Made by a program: the position numbers and the translations under genes. From NCBI GenBank assembly GCA_041306075.1, contig JBFYKH010000027.1:4226-68225 (forward strand): a DNA stretch of 64,000 nucleotides, read 5' to 3'. Position 1 is the stretch's first letter, and each line of letters starts with the position of its first letter. Source of the stretch: Candidatus Altiarchaeota archaeon (GTDB taxonomy: Archaea > Altiarchaeota > Altiarchaeia > IMC4 > SCGC-AAA252-I15). Of this stretch, positions 53,687-63,088 are shown piece by piece. Under the pieces are notes generated by a model. It ran no database searches, was not told the DNA's origin, and saw nothing but the letters and a program-made list of their open reading frames with translations.

Positions 53687-54868
53687 ATGGCCCTGGTTGA
53701 GAATGAAGAAGTGAACGAGCTGGTTCTTAACGAAGTACGCAGTTGGGTTGATGACGGCATCATCACAGAAGAGCAGGCATCCAGGATATCTGAAAGATTA
53801 AGGTGTAAGGGAAAAAGCTCCACGTTGACAAGCTCTCGTTTTATCACCATCTTGTCGGTCATGGGCGCCCTGCTTCTGGGCCTTGGAGTAATCCTGTTTT
53901 TCGCCGCCAATTGGCAGGCAATCCCCAAATTTGTAAAGGTGCTGATGATATTAAGTTTAATTGCAGCCACCTACCTCATCGGCTATTACCTGAAATATGT
54001 GAAAAAAGACTATCCAATGGTGGGCAGCGCCCTCATCTTCCTTGGCTGTTTGCTCTATGGTGCGGGAATCTGGCTTATCGCCCAGATGTACAATATGAAC
54101 GCACATTACCCAAACAGCATACTCCTATGGGTCGCCGGCATACTCCCGATGGCCTATCTTGGCTCTTCTTCAGCCATACTCGTATTATCCCTGTTGTTGA
54201 TGTCGTTTTGGGTCACGTCCGAAGTTACCTTCCTGACATATGCGACAAGATACTCCTACCTCAGCCTGATAATGCTCTACGGAGCCGTATTGCTTGCAAT
54301 AGGCAACAGACATAGGCTCGGTAGGTACTCGTTTTTTAGCGGCTATTATGCGGTACTCGGGATGATACTCATCCACGTCTCTGCATTCCCGCTGACATTC
54401 TCATTCACCCATGCGGGGAGCGCTTTCGAGCCAGTCCCAGAAACCCTTGCACTCATAGAGATTCTAGTCATGGTTTTGGCAGCAGGCTTAACATTCCCTT
54501 ACGAAGCGATTAAATCACGGAATATCGACGTCTCCTTTACAGACGTTATAGGAGTTGTGCTGATCTGCCTTCTTGCCATATCCGTGACCGCGGCCCCGTC
54601 ACTTTTTTCAAACTATATTATTTCGAACACCTTATACTTCCTTCTGCTCGTTGGCTCAGTGTATATGGGAGTTACAAAACAGTCCTCGGGGATTATTAAC
54701 ATTGGTGTTGTTTTCTTCTGCCTTGACGTTATTGCCAGATACTTCGGCTTATTCTGGGAGTTGTTGCCCACGTCGCTATTCTTCCTCTGCGGGGGTGCCC
54801 TGGTACTCGGCGGCGGGATAGCACTGGAGAGGAAGAGGCGCGGCATACTAAGAGCCCTAAAAAAATGA
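53687..54868 (+). CDS. DUF2157-family polytopic membrane protein
   Basis: N-terminal soluble segment (VRSWVDDGIITEEQASRISE) then ~10 TM; paired with a downstream GDYXXLXY-domain gene, as is typical for this family. Confidence 0.5.
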   Translation: MALVENEEVNELVLNEVRSWVDDGIITEEQASRISERLRCKGKSSTLTSSRFITILSVMGALLLGLGVILFFAANWQAIPKFVKVLMILSLIAATYLIGYYLKYVKKDYPMVGSALIFLGCLLYGAGIWLIAQMYNMNAHYPNSILLWVAGILPMAYLGSSSAILVLSLLLMSFWVTSEVTFLTYATRYSYLSLIMLYGAVLLAIGNRHRLGRYSFFSGYYAVLGMILIHVSAFPLTFSFTHAGSAFEPVPETLALIEILVMVLAAGLTFPYEAIKSRNIDVSFTDVIGVVLICLLAISVTAAPSLFSNYIISNTLYFLLLVGSVYMGVTKQSSGIINIGVVFFCLDVIARYFGLFWELLPTSLFFLCGGALVLGGGIALERKRRGILRALKK

Positions 54869-55386
54869 AAAAGAGACGCTTCATCAGCATAGTCGTATTT
54901 CAGATGACGCTATTACTGTTGATGATAGCCTACAAACAGTATTCAGTCTATACCGGAGAAACGATACGCCTCCACCTCCAGCGGCCTGTTGACCCGCGGA
55001 GCGTGTTCTCGGGCAATTATGTCATTCTCTCCTATGATATTTCGACCTTAAACCAAAGCTTGGCCCGGGGGGAATCGTTCAATTATGGGGATACGGTTTA
55101 CGTGGCATTATCAAAACAGGGGGAGTACTGGGTTCCCGCATCGATTGAAAAGATTCCGCCAAAAAAAATCTTTATCAAAGGGACAGTAGCGAGTTCATGG
55201 GGAGGCAGTATACAGGCAAGGTATGACATAGAGCAGTTCTATATCCCCGACTCCCGGGCGAAGGAGATGGAAGAACGACTGAGGATTGCTGAACGATCTG
55301 GAGACGCCTATGCCGAGGTTGTAATAGACGGCAACGGGAATGCCATTGTGTCAAAGGTATTCCTAGGGGTGGAGGAACTGGTATAG
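54865..55386 (+). CDS. GDYXXLXY-domain protein (membrane-anchored)
   Basis: N-terminal TM; FSGNYVILSYDIS contains the GDYxxLxY-like motif (GNYVILSY); ATGA overlap with DUF2157 gene. Confidence 0.55.
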   Translation: MKKRRFISIVVFQMTLLLLMIAYKQYSVYTGETIRLHLQRPVDPRSVFSGNYVILSYDISTLNQSLARGESFNYGDTVYVALSKQGEYWVPASIEKIPPKKIFIKGTVASSWGGSIQARYDIEQFYIPDSRAKEMEERLRIAERSGDAYAEVVIDGNGNAIVSKVFLGVEELV

Positions 55387-55749
55387 GACCTAGTAGGACA
55401 TACACGGACAGGATGCTGTCACCTGAGTGGCTGAAGTTTGGACACAATACATGCTAAATTTCTTATGACCTGAGTAAAAAGGTTTGTCAGGGACATGAAC
55501 CACAACTTCAACAGAAGAGGCCTTTGCCCCTTCCGGCCTGAAGAGCCTGCGGCCCTCCAATCAAGCCACGCCAACGACACGTCAGTAAAAAGGCGGCTTA
55601 TAGAGGGTTGTTTTTCGAGTTGCCGGTTTGTTTATAGACCGATACTATCAGTAAATAGAGGGATTATGGGTACTTCCGTTAGAAGAGACATACAGATATT
55701 ACAAAACCTGGTGAAAATACGTCAATGCAAAGCCCAATATGGTATACGC

Positions 55750-57993
55750 TCATTCAATCTTTGGTTCGCTTATGGTTATCTTTTGTCCTGCTCGCACGTA
55801 TAGGACATCTTTGTCCTTGAACCTATTCAAAAGCTTTTCCTCCTCGGATTCCAGTTTGGGTATGGAAAAGCCGAGGATTATTATGTCTGCTAAAGCTGAT
55901 CTCTCATCAATCAAGGCCTCGAGGGTTTTTTCTCCTTCGTCGTATTGTATCTCCTGGATTATGTCCTTTGAAAGCGGCAGTTCCTCTGATTCGATGAGTG
56001 CGGTTAGTTTCTGGAGGTGGCTGTCGAGATGATTCTTGTGGAATGTGGCGAATATATCTATTGATGAGCCCTTCCATTCAGGGTGCTCGCTCAGGATATA
56101 TGCGAGCATTGTCATCAACTTAGCGTTTCGGTAGTCCTCAGGATTAAGCCAAACATGTATCCTGGTCTTATAGCCAAAGCGTTTCTCGGATGGACGTAGT
56201 ATGCAGATGTTGTAGCTCATCATGGCTGCAAGGCGGCTGGCGTCTATGATGTTCCGTATACTGTCCGGGTCTTCGGCATCATATTCCACAAGTAAGCCGT
56301 TGTTTTCCATCCCGGATACGCCAGGCATCTGGATAATATCTTCCACTGCAGACTTGAATGACGGGGCGATGATTGTGTCTGCGTATATGGATGATTTGCT
56401 CGCAGCCCCGATTTGCACCAGCCCCTCAAGGTCCTTCTTAGACCTCCGTTTAGTCTCCTGGGAAAGCTCGCCTTTGATGTAGTGTATGTAGGTCCCAAAG
56501 CCATAGTAGTGTGAGAACCATCTTAGGAGGTCGAACAGCGCAAGTCGTTTGAAAGATGTGGATGATAGACCGATAAACGAGGGTCTCCATCCCGTAAATG
56601 ATAGGTCCATCTGGTAGTGTTGGATGATCACCCGGAGCTTGCGAGATAGCTGGAAGAAAGCACCTGTGACCATATCCGAGAGGTCAAACTCATCGGAGTG
56701 ATTTTTTTTGATGTTGAGGTATATCCCGCCTATCGCTATCAGTGAGAGGGTTGCGTAGAATGGAGACATCTGAAACATAATAAAGAAGCATAGTACAGCC
56801 CCCGTAAGGGAGAGATACCATTTTGTCCTGAATGTGGGTTGGTAGGACAGATTTCCTGCGAAATGCTGTAGGAAACTCACAAGGCATACGGCGCCGTAGG
56901 TTACCATGAAGAACATGCTGATTATCTGCGCTACGAAATCTACGGTGCCTATGAATACGAAGAATAAGACGATTATGGCTGTCACGAATGTCGCGTTTGC
57001 CGGTTCATTCGCTTCTCCGAAACCCTTGCTTAGATAGTGGTTCAGTGTCTTTGACGGAAAAACCCTATCCTTTGCCAATGCCTGCATAGTGCGTGGAGCT
57101 ATGAGGAGTGAACCGACAGCGGAAGACAATGTCGCACAAGCCAGACCAACCAGGATGAGCGGACCCCACAATGCGATCTTACCCATGATTAGCTGGTCAG
57201 CCGATAAATCCCCAGGTGACGCCGAAAGAGCTAACTTTATCACCACAAGGAAGTATACGACCATTCCAACCAAAGTAGCAGAGACCGTCCCTAATGGAAT
57301 CGATTTTGCCGGGTTTTTCAAGTCGCCAGACAAACCCACTCCTGCGGTGAGGCCGGTGAATGCAGGGAACACTATCGCAAACACCAGGAAGAAACTGGCT
57401 GGATTGTCGATTGTGGAAAAAAAGTTGATGTGTTGAATCCCATCCACTGGCGAACCTAGTAAGAATGAGGCAAGAGATATTCCCATAATGGAGACGATAA
57501 CCCATAAAGCATTAATGCCGATATTGGCGCCTCTGCGGAGTATCGTATATAGGAGCAGGATTGTGGCGGGAATACTCACCATCCTAAGGTCGGGGGTAAT
57601 ACCTGTGCTGGTTTGGATGAAATCAAATAGTGGAGTGAACGCTTGTGAAAATGCAATCATATAAAACGAGACCGAAATCGCCTGCGCAGCGTACAGGGAT
57701 ATGCCGATAGTGCCACCTATCATTGTCCCAAAAGAACGGCTGATGATATAATATTCCCCGCCACCGCGCACTTTCAGATTAGTCGCAATCTCAGAGACGG
57801 CAAGGGCGGTAGGTATAGTTATTGCATGGCCGAGCAGGATTACTAGGAATGCACCGCCCAACCCAAGATTAGCTACCAGATAACCGAACCTGAGGAAGAC
57901 TATCGCCCCCAATATGGTGCTTATCGCTGCCAGGAATACCGGGGCAGTACCGAAATTATGCCCTTTACGTTGGTCATCCATATAGCCTCTCAC
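55750..57993 (-). CDS. APC-superfamily transporter with C-terminal cytoplasmic domain (cation-chloride cotransporter SLC12-like)
   Basis: About 12 TM with amino-acid-permease-like motifs (GGGEYYIISRSFG, FPAFTGLTAG), then a ~300-aa hydrophilic C-terminal domain typical of CCC transporters. Confidence 0.65.
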   Translation of the reverse strand: MRGYMDDQRKGHNFGTAPVFLAAISTILGAIVFLRFGYLVANLGLGGAFLVILLGHAITIPTALAVSEIATNLKVRGGGEYYIISRSFGTMIGGTIGISLYAAQAISVSFYMIAFSQAFTPLFDFIQTSTGITPDLRMVSIPATILLLYTILRRGANIGINALWVIVSIMGISLASFLLGSPVDGIQHINFFSTIDNPASFFLVFAIVFPAFTGLTAGVGLSGDLKNPAKSIPLGTVSATLVGMVVYFLVVIKLALSASPGDLSADQLIMGKIALWGPLILVGLACATLSSAVGSLLIAPRTMQALAKDRVFPSKTLNHYLSKGFGEANEPANATFVTAIIVLFFVFIGTVDFVAQIISMFFMVTYGAVCLVSFLQHFAGNLSYQPTFRTKWYLSLTGAVLCFFIMFQMSPFYATLSLIAIGGIYLNIKKNHSDEFDLSDMVTGAFFQLSRKLRVIIQHYQMDLSFTGWRPSFIGLSSTSFKRLALFDLLRWFSHYYGFGTYIHYIKGELSQETKRRSKKDLEGLVQIGAASKSSIYADTIIAPSFKSAVEDIIQMPGVSGMENNGLLVEYDAEDPDSIRNIIDASRLAAMMSYNICILRPSEKRFGYKTRIHVWLNPEDYRNAKLMTMLAYILSEHPEWKGSSIDIFATFHKNHLDSHLQKLTALIESEELPLSKDIIQEIQYDEGEKTLEALIDERSALADIIILGFSIPKLESEEEKLLNRFKDKDVLYVRAGQKITISEPKIE

Positions 57994-58011
57994 TAAACCT
58001 TCGTTATTGAT

Positions 58012-59241
58012 TTATGTACTGGCATTAATACTCTTTTGATAAAGCCATTTCTGAAGGACGATAGGGGTTATTATGGTGGTTATGAGGCTCATGAATATTA
58101 TGACGACGTATATCTCCTGCGTTATTATGTTCGAAGATAATCCGATGAGGCCGACTATCATGGCGACCTCCCCGCGCGGGGACATCCCGAAGCCGACTAT
58201 GAGGGATTCCCGGTGGCTCATCCCCTGCAGCTTGGAGGGTATGTAGCAGGCCGCGACCTTTGTCAGGACCGCTACGAGCGTCAAAAGAAGCGTGAAAAGC
58301 ACGATTGATGGCTGCGCCTGGCGGATGTCCACCAGGATTCCGAGAGAGACGAAGAATATCGAGGAGAATATTATGTGCAGGTACTCCGAGCCCTCGTGGA
58401 AGTCCTTGCTGTGCTTTAGTTTCACGCCCTCTATCGAGACGCCGGCCAGGAAGGCCCCGATTATCGCCGACAAGCCCATGACCTCCGCTATCAGGCTGTA
58501 GAGGAACGCCACCATCATGGCGAAGATGAAAAGCATCTCCGGGTATTTCCTGGACATCGGGTGCCTGTCCCGCCGCTGGAGGTATTTGCTTATGACGTTC
58601 TGGCCTACTATCGACCCGACGACGACGAACAGCAACGCCTTGAGGATGATGTAGGCGTCCTCCGCCAGCGATACGTCCCCGCGAACAACCTGGTTCGAGA
58701 CCGCAAGCACAAGGAGGCTTAGTATGTCGTCTATGACCGCCGCGCCGATTATCGCCTCGGCGGCCCTGGTGTTGAGCTTCCCCATCTCCCTGAGGACGTG
58801 GGCTGTTATGGCTATGCTGGTGGCCGTCAACGCCGTGCCTATGAATACGGACGTCTGGAAATCGTAAAGGAATAGCTGGGACAGGTAGAAACCGCCCGCC
58901 CAGGGCAAAGCCACCCCGGCCAGGGCGATGACGAAGTAGTTGAACCTGTAGATGCTGGAGAACTTGAACTCCAAGCCCACCACGAACAGCAGGATGACCG
59001 CCCCAAGGTGGGCGAGGCCCTCGACGAAGTCGGCGTAGGTTATCAGCCCCAGGAAGCTCGGTCCTATCAGGAGGCCGACGAGTATCTCCCCGACGACCAC
59101 CGACTGGTTGATGCGGGACGCTATGTGGTATCCGAGGAGCGCCACGAACAGCAGCAGGCTCATCTGGAATTCTATGGTGGACTCGATGCCTGACAACATT
59201 TTAACCTCAAGCGGGGGGAGTGGGCGCGACGCGCCCGGCAA
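58012..59241 (-). CDS. monovalent cation:proton antiporter (CPA family, Na+/H+ exchanger-like)
   Basis: Polytopic; GEILVGLLIGPSFLGLI and later segments typical of the Na_H_Exchanger family. Confidence 0.7.
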   Translation of the reverse strand: MPGASRPLPPLEVKMLSGIESTIEFQMSLLLFVALLGYHIASRINQSVVVGEILVGLLIGPSFLGLITYADFVEGLAHLGAVILLFVVGLEFKFSSIYRFNYFVIALAGVALPWAGGFYLSQLFLYDFQTSVFIGTALTATSIAITAHVLREMGKLNTRAAEAIIGAAVIDDILSLLVLAVSNQVVRGDVSLAEDAYIILKALLFVVVGSIVGQNVISKYLQRRDRHPMSRKYPEMLFIFAMMVAFLYSLIAEVMGLSAIIGAFLAGVSIEGVKLKHSKDFHEGSEYLHIIFSSIFFVSLGILVDIRQAQPSIVLFTLLLTLVAVLTKVAACYIPSKLQGMSHRESLIVGFGMSPRGEVAMIVGLIGLSSNIITQEIYVVIIFMSLITTIITPIVLQKWLYQKSINAST

Positions 59242-59304
59242 CCAGTCCTAGGGGGCGAGCCAATATAAGCGGCCCGTAGGCGGTCCTTCGCGACTGAGCC
59301 CTCG

Positions 59305-60192
59305 CTATCCCCTGCTGCCCATGAACAGGCTGAGGGACAGCCCGGTCACGAGCGCGACCAGGGAGTCGGTGGCGAAATACCCGAGGGACAGGAGATGCCC
59401 GAGGGGATAGTCCCCCCAGAAGTGGCCGAGTACTATTGAGAGCGCACCCCCGAACGCTAGAGCTACGGCAAAGTGCGACAGGCCCTTACGGTATTCCCGG
59501 TAGCTTTGCCGGATGAAGATAAATGCCGCGAGCATGAACACTAAGAAGAACCCGAGCCCGACGCCCGCTGTCGGGGCGGGTATTGTCTTCGACGAGAACA
59601 CGCCGAATTCGGCTATGACCATGTAGGTGAGGACGGCCCCAAGGCTTTTATCGTCCTTCAGCGTGTTGATGGAGAACATGCCCCCCGCGGTCTCGTCGGC
59701 CTTCACCGGCCTGTCCGGGGTGGGGACGCGCCCCCCGGCCTGCTCATGCCCCCTCAACTCCGACCCGGCCGCCGCGTCCCCGCGGACGGCGCGACCCAGC
59801 CCCCTGAAGGAGTAGACGGCGGCGTACAAGGCGATGAGAATGGCTGTGAAGCCCAGCAACGCCCCGGCCGCGCCGAATATCACGAGGTCTTGGGTCGGCC
59901 CCTCCTCGCTGATTCTTGAAACCAATGACGCCAGGAACTGGTAGAACGCGAGGGTGACTATCGTCAGCAGGAAGAGCTTCTTCAGCAGGAATATTATCAG
60001 GCCGGTCAGCCGGTTTATGGCGAGCACCGCCAGATAGACGAGGATAAGTAGCAGCGAGACTGCGAACACGTCGCCCGCCACAACCCTCTCCGGAAGAACG
60101 CTGATGTTGTCGGAGATGAACCCGATTGCCGCGTCAGTTTCAAATGCCATTTTAACGCCAAGTGGTTCCCCGGCGGAGAGGCTGCGTACCAT
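59305..60192 (-). CDS. hypothetical membrane protein
   Basis: 295 aa, 6+ TM; no motif recognised. Confidence 0.4.
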   Translation of the reverse strand: MVRSLSAGEPLGVKMAFETDAAIGFISDNISVLPERVVAGDVFAVSLLLILVYLAVLAINRLTGLIIFLLKKLFLLTIVTLAFYQFLASLVSRISEEGPTQDLVIFGAAGALLGFTAILIALYAAVYSFRGLGRAVRGDAAAGSELRGHEQAGGRVPTPDRPVKADETAGGMFSINTLKDDKSLGAVLTYMVIAEFGVFSSKTIPAPTAGVGLGFFLVFMLAAFIFIRQSYREYRKGLSHFAVALAFGGALSIVLGHFWGDYPLGHLLSLGYFATDSLVALVTGLSLSLFMGSRG

Positions 60193-60221
60193 ATGTGTAT
60201 TGGAGGTTAATATGGCCAGGC

Positions 60222-61283
60222 CTACCTCCGCAGTATCAACGTTTGTGTTGGGTAGGCGAAGTGGATGCCCTCCCGCTCAAACGCGGCCATTATCTCGTAG
60301 TTGATGGCCTCCTGCACATCCATATGCAGGTTATAGTCCGGGCTATCCAGGTAGTACACGGCCTCGAAATTGAGGCTGAAGTCGCCGAATGCCTTGAAGT
60401 GAACCCTGTCCAAGCGGACGAGGTTATGGGATTCGACTATCTGCCGGATAATCCCGGGTATATCCTTGAGTTTTTCAAGGGGGGTTTCATACGTGACCCC
60501 CAGCTTGAATTCCACCCTGCGATGCGGCATCCTCCCGAAATTGTGCACCCGGGTGTTCGTCATCTCTTTGTTTGAGACGACCAGCTCCTCGCCCCGGAGT
60601 GTCTTGACGCGAGTTGTCTTAATACCTATTTTCTGGACTTCCCCCATGTCAGTGCCTATAAGGATGAAGTCCCCCACCCTGTAGGGTTTGTCGAAGTATA
60701 TGCTAAAGGAACTGAAGATGTCGTCAAGGATGTTCTGTGCGGCCAAAGCGACGGCTATTCCGCCCACGCCCATCCCGGCGATTAGCGCCGAGACGTCTAT
60801 CTGCATGTTCGCAAGGACGAGGAGGAACCCGAAGACCCACAGCGAGTATTTTAGCATACTGGCAAGGAGATGGATTACGGACATGTCCTCCTTAGGGTCG
60901 TCCATTCGCCTCTTGGCTATGAACCGGTCTCTGAAATGGTTTATTGCAGTATGTGCCAGTTTGATGCCGTAGTATACTGTCACCAAGGTCACGGCATATC
61001 GCAGGACGTTATTGACGAAGGGCGGGGCGGGCGCGAATTGCAGGGAGACGTATAGGGCGAAAAGCAGGTAAACGGTGCCAGGTATATCCTTAAGCACCTT
61101 GACTAGCATGTCGTCCAACTCCGACCGCGTCATACTCGAAATCCGTTCCATATAGCGGAGTATGAAGCTCCTGAAAACCCCCAGTAGTACAATGGACACA
61201 AAGAATGCCGTGACCGATGCCAACACCCACGAATCGTTGGTTATCCGCAGCCCCCAATTTAGTGCATCAACAATAGCGTCCAT
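60222..61283 (-). CDS. mscS: small-conductance mechanosensitive channel (MscS family)
   Basis: Three N-terminal TM then the conserved MscS beta-domain (VGDFILIGTDMGEVQKIGIKTTRVKTLRGEELVVSNKEM). Confidence 0.75.
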   Translation of the reverse strand: MDAIVDALNWGLRITNDSWVLASVTAFFVSIVLLGVFRSFILRYMERISSMTRSELDDMLVKVLKDIPGTVYLLFALYVSLQFAPAPPFVNNVLRYAVTLVTVYYGIKLAHTAINHFRDRFIAKRRMDDPKEDMSVIHLLASMLKYSLWVFGFLLVLANMQIDVSALIAGMGVGGIAVALAAQNILDDIFSSFSIYFDKPYRVGDFILIGTDMGEVQKIGIKTTRVKTLRGEELVVSNKEMTNTRVHNFGRMPHRRVEFKLGVTYETPLEKLKDIPGIIRQIVESHNLVRLDRVHFKAFGDFSLNFEAVYYLDSPDYNLHMDVQEAINYEIMAAFEREGIHFAYPTQTLILRR

Positions 61284-61488
61284 TATTTTACCTTGGCCAA
61301 TTTCGCATAACGTTCCATGCGCTGAACTTCAACCGGGCATGATTCCGTTAAAAGTATTCAATGGAAGCACGGATATAATAATATCAGGCACATAGTGGTT
61401 GCCTTTTTTCTTTTGGCTGGCGGTCGTCCTGCGGCACTAAGAGAAAAAGAACACCGCCTTTTATGTCTGGCCGCAATGTATCTCCCTT

Positions 61489-62040
61489 ATGGAGCTTGAC
61501 GCCTGCATCAGGGGGAGGAGGAGCGTGAGGGCGTATACTGACGAGCCGGTCCCGAAGGAGCAGATTGAGGCCGTCCTCGAGGCCGGCGTCTGGGCGCCGT
61601 CGGGGATGGACAGGCAGCCGTGGAGGTTCATAGTCGTCGAGGACAAGGCCGTCATCAAGTACGTGTCGGACGAGACGAAGAAGGCGGTCGGCGAGATGAT
61701 GCCGACTATGAAGAAGGCGATGGAGTCGGACAAGGACGTCATCTGCTACGGCGCGCCGGTCCTGATACTCGTGTGCGCCGAGAAGGACGAGGCGTGGAGG
61801 CAGGTCAGCCTCCAGGACAGCGTCCTGGCGGCACAGAACATGTTCCTGAAGGCCTACGAGCTCGGCCTCGGGACCTGCTACATGGGCTTCATCAGCTTCC
61901 TCGCCGGGAAGCCGGAGGTCATGAGGAAGGCGGGCGTCCCCGACGGGTACGAGCTCGCGGTCCCCTTCATACTCGGCCGCCCGAAGATGAGGCAGGGGGC
62001 CGGGAAGAGGAGGAAGCCCAACATCCTGAAGTGGGTCTGA
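61489..62040 (+). CDS. nitroreductase-family protein
   Basis: MELDACIRGRRSVRAYTDEPVPKEQIEAVLEAGVWAPSGMDRQPWRFIVV (classic nitroreductase N-terminus). Confidence 0.7.
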   Translation: MELDACIRGRRSVRAYTDEPVPKEQIEAVLEAGVWAPSGMDRQPWRFIVVEDKAVIKYVSDETKKAVGEMMPTMKKAMESDKDVICYGAPVLILVCAEKDEAWRQVSLQDSVLAAQNMFLKAYELGLGTCYMGFISFLAGKPEVMRKAGVPDGYELAVPFILGRPKMRQGAGKRRKPNILKWV

Positions 62041-62048
62041 GGTGCTAG

Positions 62049-62228
62049 ATGCCAGTGGTGAGGATAGAGTTGCTTGAGGGAAGGACGAAGGAGCAGAAGA
62101 AGATGATGATTGAGGGCGTGACCCGGGCCATGGTGGAGGCCACCGGCGTCGAGGCCGAGAAGGTGTGGGTCATCGTCTCGGACGTCGCCCGCGAGAACTG
62201 GGGCAGCGGCGGGAAACCGAAGATGTGA
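62049..62228 (+). CDS. 4-oxalocrotonate tautomerase-family protein
   Basis: MPVVRIELLEGRTKEQKKMMIEGVTRAMVEATGVEAEKVWVIVSDVARENWGSGGKPKM (59 aa; Pro1 tautomerase signature); below ORF-track cutoff. Confidence 0.7.
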   Translation: MPVVRIELLEGRTKEQKKMMIEGVTRAMVEATGVEAEKVWVIVSDVARENWGSGGKPKM

Positions 62229-62325
62229 CGGTCCCTGCCAAAACCAGGCCTCGCCCGCCATATGCAAAGAACCACGGGGGAGACGGCAGCCCAGAGACTG
62301 CATAGCATTGACGCCGATGGGACGC

Positions 62326-63033
62326 TCAGGCGCCCCCGACCGGAAACATGTAGAGTGGCGTCTCATCCGTGGGGAGGTTCAGGGCATCGCGGACTTCCTG
62401 GTCGTTGAAGGCCCCAACGGAGACGGTGCCGAGGCCGAGCGCCTGTGCCTGCAAGTAGATGTTCTGGCCTGCGTGGCCGGCCTCCATGTCAGCGTATCTC
62501 ACGCCCCTCGCCCCATAGACCTGCGTTGTCCTGTTGTAGCGTGCTGTCAGGACAACCGTGGCTGGGGCATCAGTTATCATCCCCTGACCGAGGGCTGCCC
62601 TGTCCAGGTTTGCCCGAACGTCGCCTGAGACCGTCTTCTCGAGCTTGTGGCCATTAGGCAGGTAATGGTATGCCCCGGGGCTGATGCCTTCGACACCCCC
62701 TGCGACAAGGTACGCCTCAAGAGGGTATGTTCCGCCGGCTGACGGCGCCGTCCTGCCTCCCCAGCCCGCGGTCAGACCCTGCGCGCTATAGAGGAGCTGA
62801 GACGCCTCGGGAAGTGTTAGGGGCCTGCCGCCATAAGACCTCACCGAACGCCTCTTGGACAAAGCCTCCTCCACGGACATCGCCCCGATGGTCGAGGGAG
62901 GGGGAAGATTTATGGAGCCGCTGCCGCCGGACTCCCGGGAAGACGGCGCATCATCCCCGCGGTAGATGATGTAGGCTGCAGTCAAAGCCAGGAGTGCCAG
63001 GACCGCCAACAAGACCATGTAAAAGCGGCTCAC
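62326..63033 (-). CDS. membrane-anchored SagB-type / nitroreductase-superfamily dehydrogenase
   Basis: N-terminal TM, then RRSVRSYGGRPLTLPEASQLLYSAQG...LGQGMITDAP...AGHAGQNIYLQAQALGLG. Confidence 0.55.
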   Translation of the reverse strand: MSRFYMVLLAVLALLALTAAYIIYRGDDAPSSRESGGSGSINLPPPSTIGAMSVEEALSKRRSVRSYGGRPLTLPEASQLLYSAQGLTAGWGGRTAPSAGGTYPLEAYLVAGGVEGISPGAYHYLPNGHKLEKTVSGDVRANLDRAALGQGMITDAPATVVLTARYNRTTQVYGARGVRYADMEAGHAGQNIYLQAQALGLGTVSVGAFNDQEVRDALNLPTDETPLYMFPVGGA

Positions 63034-63088
63034 ATAAGCCTATACGACCCCGTAAATAAGGATGATGCTTCCTGGCTTCGGCGCCATG

